Source: Elsinoe ampelina (taxonomy: Eukaryota). Taken from it: DNA of 52,429 nt. The position numbers and the translations under genes were made by a program. The stretch lies in NCBI GenBank assembly GCA_010093995.1, contig ML992501.1:1217047-1269475 (forward strand), written 5' to 3'. Numbering within the stretch: position 1 is the stretch's first letter; every line of letters starts with the position of its first letter. The notes under the pieces are model-generated. The model did no database searches, was not told the DNA's origin, and saw only the letters and a list, made by a program, of their open reading frames with translations. Below, piece by piece: positions 46,292 through 52,429 of this stretch.

Positions 46292-46999
46292 ATGGCCCCA
46301 TCGTATAACCAAACGATCACCACAGCAATGACATATACCACCTCGCCGCACCTTCAGCCGGCACGAAGCTCAGCCCGCATCCACGAGCGCCGCCAGAAAG
46401 CCAGCAAAGCAACCACGCCACCTGATCGCAAGCCCCGTATCATCCTAAAGTGGACACGACCAAGCTCAACAAATTCCACGACAAGCAGTGGGCAGACGAG
46501 CCCCTCGAGCGGCCCGACAGCGAGTCCATCGTCGACCTCAGCGTTTAATGACGAATACGGCGGAACTTCCGCTGCTACTCCGCAAACGATCGAGTCTGCC
46601 AATCAGGAGATGGACGCTCAGCAACCTCAACGTACGGCTGGCTCTGGGATCAAGCTGAAGCTCAAATTCCCAGCCAAGCCTGAGGGCCGCAGTGGAATCA
46701 AGCTGAAGTTGAGCATCCCTGCTAGATCCGTCGAGAAGAGTGACTCTGAGATGATGAAAGAGGCAGCGAATGCTGCGAGGAGGGATCGCTTGGTCCGCAG
46801 GAGCATTGGCCATCTGACCATGGCGGCAATGGCTGCACATGCGAAGTTTGGGGTGAAGGAGGACGAGTCGGATTTGGCGGATTGGCCTGGTTGGGAGAAG
46901 GATGAACACGGGCGATGGTTGCGAGGCTACCATCAGCATCTTGAGGACTCGGGACACGACCTAAGTCAACAACGACGGCACGATAGCACGAACCCCTGA
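46292..46999 (+). CDS. Hypothetical basic/Ser-Thr-rich protein, ~235 aa
   Basis: Open frame with ATG in good context (ACAATGG) and an internal SGIKLKL duplication; no recognisable family. Confidence 0.55.
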   Translation: MAPSYNQTITTAMTYTTSPHLQPARSSARIHERRQKASKATTPPDRKPRIILKWTRPSSTNSTTSSGQTSPSSGPTASPSSTSAFNDEYGGTSAATPQTIESANQEMDAQQPQRTAGSGIKLKLKFPAKPEGRSGIKLKLSIPARSVEKSDSEMMKEAANAARRDRLVRRSIGHLTMAAMAAHAKFGVKEDESDLADWPGWEKDEHGRWLRGYHQHLEDSGHDLSQQRRHDSTNP

Positions 47000-47059
47000 G
47001 TCAATCCGATTCTCTCCCCTCACTACTACATAGACCCAACCTAAAACCCCAACACCCCC

Positions 47060-47602
47060 CTAACAAACCCTCCTCACCTCTCCCGTCCCCGTCTCATACA
47101 CCCACCCACTAATCTTCCCCCTATGCTTCAACCCCTCACACCCCCTCAAAAACTCCACATCCCTGCTCACGGCCCCCTCCACATCGCTCCCAAACACCTC
47201 AAACTCCACCCCCTCCGCCATCTCCCTCGCCTTCTCCCCCGCCTCCCCCACCTTGACCACCACCTCGTCGTCCTTCTCGAAATGGCTGAATCCGCAGTCC
47301 GTGTGCTTGATGAGCAGGATCTCCTCGGTTCGCAGACAGTGCTGCGACGCCATGAGGGACCGTAGGGCGTCCCGCGCCGAGCCCCCGCCGTTGCGGATGA
47401 TGTGCGTTGTGCCGGGCTCGATGCCTAGGGCTGGTGGGTGGGAGGGGAGCAGGCGGGCGTCCATGCAGGTGACGAGGGCGACGTGGTTGGTGGGGGCTGC
47501 GGGGAGGTGGCCCATTTTCGGGGGGATGGAGGAGGTGGAGGCGAATTTGGAGGCGGCGGTGGTGATGTGTTTGGTTGTCGGGGTTTCGGGTGGGGAGGCC
47601 AT
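47060..47602 (-). CDS. Beta-class carbonic anhydrase (clade D-like), 180 aa
   Basis: Zn-binding motifs TCMDARL and HTDCG, plus IIRNGGG and GWVYETGTG. Confidence 0.9.
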   Translation of the reverse strand: MASPPETPTTKHITTAASKFASTSSIPPKMGHLPAAPTNHVALVTCMDARLLPSHPPALGIEPGTTHIIRNGGGSARDALRSLMASQHCLRTEEILLIKHTDCGFSHFEKDDEVVVKVGEAGEKAREMAEGVEFEVFGSDVEGAVSRDVEFLRGCEGLKHRGKISGWVYETGTGEVRRVC

Positions 47603-47805
47603 GGTGGTCGTTGGTTGGTTTGGATGGAATGGGTGATGGAGAGAGAGATGAATGGTGTCTTAACGGAGTGGGACTTACTTTTGGAGGATAGGATGGGGGT
47701 AGATGAGGGGAGGAGGGCGAGAGTGGTCAGCACGATGCAATACTGATCTCATGGCGCGGGGCGGCAGAGAATCATGACACACATCTATAGATACTCTTCA
47801 TCATG

Positions 47806-48130
47806 TGTCACGAAGCCTTGTCGACTTGTAGTGTGAGCTACCGGCCATTTCACGCTGTCAGATCATGGATGCTGTGATGTGGGACGAGGATGGAGGGAAA
47901 GAAGATGCCCGCCGTCGTCGGCAAAAGCTGCCACTCACCGGCTACAGCTTCATGTTCGACAAACTGATCGCCAGGCGGCGGTCGACCTTGTTGTAATGGA
48001 AGGCTGGTACAGCTTCTCTGGTACTGAAGAACTGGTACTGATGAGTCAGCGCACGCACAGTAGATAAATCGGTTATTGTAACTCTCTGAATGAAACACAC
48101 GTCTCTCGATCCGATTTGCTAGTTATAACA
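47806..48130 (+). repeat. Putative 5' LTR (~325 bp) of the copia element
   Basis: Begins TGTCACGA and ends TTATAACA (TCGTGACA after three transitions), immediately before the PBS. Candidate TSD is TCATG (47801-47805). The 3' LTR is outside the window, so the left boundary is inferred. Confidence 0.55.
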
Positions 48131-48150
48131 GGTTATAAGCCCGGCGCTTC
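48131..48150 (+). other. Primer-binding site complementary to the anticodon arm of tRNA-iMet (half-tRNA priming type)
   Basis: GGTTATAAGCCCGGCGCTTC equals GGTTATGAGCCC.. with one TpG->TpA change, and is complementary to tRNA-iMet GGGCTCATAACC. Confidence 0.7.
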
Positions 48151-48705
48151 TATAAAAGCACTTAAAGCTGTAGTAAATTAAGCGTGTTATTATCAAAAGG
48201 ATTACTAAGCCGCCTATACTGAATTCTAGACTAGCTACATTAAGACAAACACTTATAGTAGCCCGCATTAACCCTTTAATTAAACGGTTTAAACGGCTTA
48301 AACAAGCTAATTACATTAATTAAATCAATAGGCCTTTAGCTAATTACTATTATTATATCTAGATTAGTAAAAATGCTCGAGACTTAGATTCTTAAGAGAG
48401 GAAGTAACTATAATACTTAGAGATTAACCCTTAAGGTAGCCCTCCTTAAAAAGGATATACTTAGATATACAATTTATAACATCGACTAGATACTAGTAGT
48501 TATAAAGCCTAAAGAACTAGCCCTAGATGCTAGTAAAGGCACTAAGGCAATCTATAAGGTTAGGAATAAGACCTAGTATAAGAATAATAGAATTGCTTAT
48601 AGTGTTATTATAATAAGGATTTATAAATCTATTAGACCTTACTATAGTATAACTTAGAAGACTTTAAAGGAACTTCTAGACACTATTAAAGCTATATTTA
48701 AACCT

Positions 48706-49025
48706 NNNNNNNNNNNNNNNNNNNNNNNNNNNNNNNNNNNNNNNNNNNNNNNNNNNNNNNNNNNNNNNNNNNNNNNNNNNNNNNNNNNNNNNNNNNNNNN
48801 NNNNNNNNNNNNNNNNNNNNNNNNNNNNNNNNNNNNNNNNNNNNNNNNNNNNNNNNNNNNNNNNNNNNNNNNNNNNNNNNNNNNNNNNNNNNNNNNNNNN
48901 NNNNNNNNNNNNNNNNNNNNNNNNNNNNNNNNNNNNNNNNNNNNNNNNNNNNNNNNNNNNNNNNNNNNNNNNNNNNNNNNNNNNNNNNNNNNNNNNNNNN
49001 NNNNNNNNNNNNNNNNNNNNNNNNN
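48706..49025. other. Assembly gap (320 N) inside the retrotransposon gag region
   Basis: Run of N. Confidence 1.
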
Positions 49026-52000
49026 TACTTATTATGTCTACTCTAATATAGATTACTTTAAGTAGCACCCTAAGAAAGTACTAAAGAGTTAAAGCAAAAG
49101 AGATAATAAAGACAGGTTAAATAATAAAGGTATAAAGGCTAAAGGTAAAAGTAACAAGTCAAAGACTAAGAAAGTTAGAGGTTAAGCAGCTATTAAAGAA
49201 TCTAGAGAACCTACTAAGGTAGGTAAATTAGATAAACGCTCTAACACTAATATTAATATTATTATACTAGTCTATAGGGTAGTAGCAGTGTCTATATTAT
49301 TATCCTTAACCTATAGTAAGAATAGAGCAATCTATAACTCTAGTGTATTAAGGCACTTTATTAAAGACAGGTTATAGTTCTTAATAATTAAGGTATATAA
49401 AGGTGTTCTTAAATTTAAATAAGCTATTAGCACAAAGAAGCTACTTAATACAGAAGTAAACATAGTTAGGCTTACCCTAACTAATAGCAAAGGCAAGAAG
49501 TTAATTATTAAGCTTTATAATTGTATATACTTACTATTATTACTAAATACCCTTATATCTAATCTTTAGAATAAAGAGGAACTTAGTATCTCTATAGTTA
49601 GCAAATCCTTAATAAAGGATAGAAAGGAAGTTAGCCTTATTAAACACTTTAAAAGAGTTAAATAGCTTAAGAACTTTAAAGTATATAAGCCTTAGGACTA
49701 TAAGGAATTACCTACAAGGCTAAAACCATAGAAGCTATAGGCTATAAGAGCAAATCTGGCTATTATAACCACTTAAAAGCTAATATTAGAAAGATAGTAC
49801 TAGAGGTTAAGCTATGCTAGTAACACTATTCTCTCTCTTACTAAAAGTTAAGCTATTAGATTAGAAGAACTTCAAATATTAGATCTTAGCTACTGTAAAC
49901 TATATGCTATATTAAAGATATAGAGAGTAGTATTAAGAGAACTAAGAGATGCGCTAAAGTGCTTACTAGATAAACTCTATCTAGACCTTATTAGTCCTAT
50001 TAAACTATAGTCAAGTAAGGGCTATAGATATCTTCTCTTTATAACATATAGTAAAAGTAAGTACAAGTTTGTTACTATTCTCTTCCTTAAGAGTAATACA
50101 CTAGTAGTAATTAAACTTATCTATATAAGGAACAAAATAGCCTATAACAAGCTTTTATTTATCTTTATCTCTAATAGAGGGGGTAAATTTAAGAACTATA
50201 AACTAGCAATAGCTATTTATCTTAAAGGGTAGAGATAGAACATCTCTACACCTAATACTTAATACTAAAATAGTAAATCTAAGGCTACTAACAAAGTAGT
50301 TATTCTTAGAACAAGGTGTATCTTTATTAATTATAGAGCACCCCTTAAACTCTAGTATATAGTTATAGAGTTTATAATCTATATTAGTAACAGGATTACC
50401 TACACTAAAACTAAGAAGATCCCTATATAAGAGCTAAGAAAGGATCTTCTTAATAATAATAGGCTAGTCTTATTAACTTACATTAGACGCTTCGGCTATA
50501 GAGCCTATATCTATAACTAACATATTTCTAAATTACACAAATTCTAAGCTAAAGCACTACTTAGTTAGCATATTAGCATATAGAACAACTTAACAACTAA
50601 TTACCTTATCTAGATACTCTATTAGTATTATACTTAGCAAGCCTAGAAGGGAAAGATTATTATATTACCCTATGTAACATTTAATAAGAATATAGTCTAT
50701 AAAGACTAAGTAACACAAGTTATTAAATAGCTATATATCCTATAGGTATAACAACCTAAGGCTTTATAGCTTTAGGGGGAGCAGACATTCAGTAGTAATT
50801 ATAATCAAGGCTATAGCTATAACTAACTACCCTTTAGTTATAAGAATCTATAAACTACTTAGGCTAAACAACCTTAAGTTAAACAACTAACATCTAACTA
50901 CCCTTCTATCCCTAGATATAAACAACAATTATCTACCTCTATTAAAGAATAGAAGGAGTAATACTAACATCCTAAACTAGATCCTTAACCTGTTAATAAA
51001 TAGGGGGAGCAACTTAATGTTACTAATTATAAAGGTGAAGACCTTATAACACTACTACCTAAAGTTATTAGTGAACTATATTTAACCTTTAATCCTATAG
51101 TTGATGTTAATTAACTACTAATATATATATAGAATAAGAATGTTAACTTCCTTATTACACTATTTAATATATAACCTCTAACTAGTAAAAGGAAGAGATC
51201 TCTCTTACTATAAGAAACTATTAGAAGGTCCCTTAAAACACATCGCTAGATTAATTATAAGAAACTTAACAATAGTAAGATTATTAGATCTATAGCTATT
51301 AATTTCAAGCTAGACCTACAAATAGTAAGAGATGTACTATCCTCTCCTAAAGGTTATTACTAGTAAGCTATAATAGAGGTAGAGTAGAAGGCTCTAACTA
51401 ACTCTAAAACCTTTTTAATTATTAAGAAATCTTAGGCACTAAGAGGTATTAGGCTAATAACAGGCAAATAGGTCTTTAAGACTAAGAGGCTTACTAATAG
51501 CAAAGTTAAAAGATATAAGGCTCGTTAGACTATAAGGGGCTTTACTTAAAGAGCAGGTATTAACTTTGTTAGAACCTTTATACTAATACTAAGAGCTAAA
51601 ACTAGGAGAGTAATCCTTATATATGCTCTTTATTATAACTAGGTTATTATAATAGTAGATGTAGTTACTACATTCCTTAGACTAGACATTAATATTAAGA
51701 ACTATATCTCCTACCTAGAAGGTATACTAATTCCTAGCAAACAGAATAAGCTTATTGTTCTTATAAAGGGCTTATATAGGCTTAAGTAAGCTACTACTCT
51801 CTAGTATAACGCTATAGTTAAGGCACTTCTATTACTTAGTTTTATTAGATCCTATAGTAATGCCTATCTCTTTATTAACAAGTATTACATAGTTCTTATA
51901 TATATTAATAACTTTAGGATTATTACTACTAGGTAGAAGTATATAGATAAGCTAGTTAAAGATCTTTATCTTAAGTTTCTAATAAAGATTATAAACTTAA

Positions 52001-52429
52001 ACCTCTTCCTTAGTGTTTAACTTTATAGAACTAAGGACTTAATTAAGATTAAGTAATTACACTACTTAAAAGAGAAGCTTAAAGGTTATAATCTTTACTA
52101 AGCAAGAACTGTAAAGTATCCTATTAATCAACTCTATAAACTAACTAATAGCTAAGTTAATGCTTAGTACTATAAGACATTTAATAGAATCATTAGTAAA
52201 TTACAATATCTAGCTAACAACACAAGGCCTAATATTAGCTATACCACTAATTACCTAGCTAGGTTCCTTTAGAATCTAACTATAGCTTATGTAGTTATAG
52301 CTAAGCAGATCTAGAGGTATATTAATAGAACTATTATAAAGGGCCTTACCTTTAAGAAGACTAATAGACTATTAGTTAACACAATTAAGGCCTACTCTAA
52401 CTTAGACTTTGCTAGAGATAGATTAACTA

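Larger units (their letters stand above)
47806..52429 (+). mobile_element. RIP-inactivated Ty1/copia LTR retrotransposon, running off the window end
   Basis: Very AT-rich, TpA-saturated and stop-riddled. De-RIPped motifs occur in PR-IN-RT-RH order: IYNSSV=IYDSGA (~49330), *Y*RLSY=WHQRLGH (~49795), SNRGGKF=SDGGGEF (~50170), GK*VFK (~51463), YKAR (~51514), GLYRLK*A=GLYGLKQA (~51769), YINN=YVDD (51901), RPNIS=RPDIS (~52225), YSNLDF=YSDSDF (~52393). Confidence 0.92.

Noticed and set aside
47772..47813. Inverted repeat TCATGACACA / TGTGTCACGA at the LTR edge
   Set aside because: Only a 9/10-bp match and too short to call a MITE or second LTR end.
1..52429. tRNA, rRNA, CRISPR arrays or a secondary-metabolite cluster
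   Set aside because: None recognised by eye: eukaryotic DNA with no repeat-spacer array and no PKS/NRPS/terpene synthase. A tRNAscan/Infernal run would be needed to exclude small RNAs.

Overview
Gene-dense genomic DNA from a filamentous ascomycete (Pezizomycotina). Evidence: short (mostly 44-66 nt) GT/GC-AG introns with CTRAY branch sites, and a RIP-mutated transposon. About 19 protein-coding genes can be built by hand, and every spliced model closes in frame. In order: a partial MFS gene, a small membrane orphan, a HAK/KUP K+ transporter next to a CPA2 cation/H+ antiporter, mitochondrial bL33m (MRPL39, absent from the ORF track), a long coiled-coil protein, a UBE2O-like E2, COG8, an arylsulfotransferase (ASST), a small secreted Pro/Gly-rich protein, a homeodomain/C2H2 transcription factor, a Jen1-type carboxylate transporter, an AT-hook protein, the GEN1 resolvase, a secreted aldose 1-epimerase, a PARP-E2 fusion, a COG7-like protein, a UBE2G/Ubc7-type E2, an orphan and a beta-carbonic anhydrase. 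The last ~4.6 kb is a Ty1/copia element: the body is RIP-destroyed, the putative 5' LTR is almost unmutated, and there is a 320-N assembly gap. The standout observation is the ASST gene (17846-19766). It is otherwise intact but carries two in-frame TAG codons at positions where the family has Trp. That pattern is expected of restorative A-to-I (UAG->UIG) mRNA editing rather than ordinary decay. All family calls are from motif recognition, not database searches.
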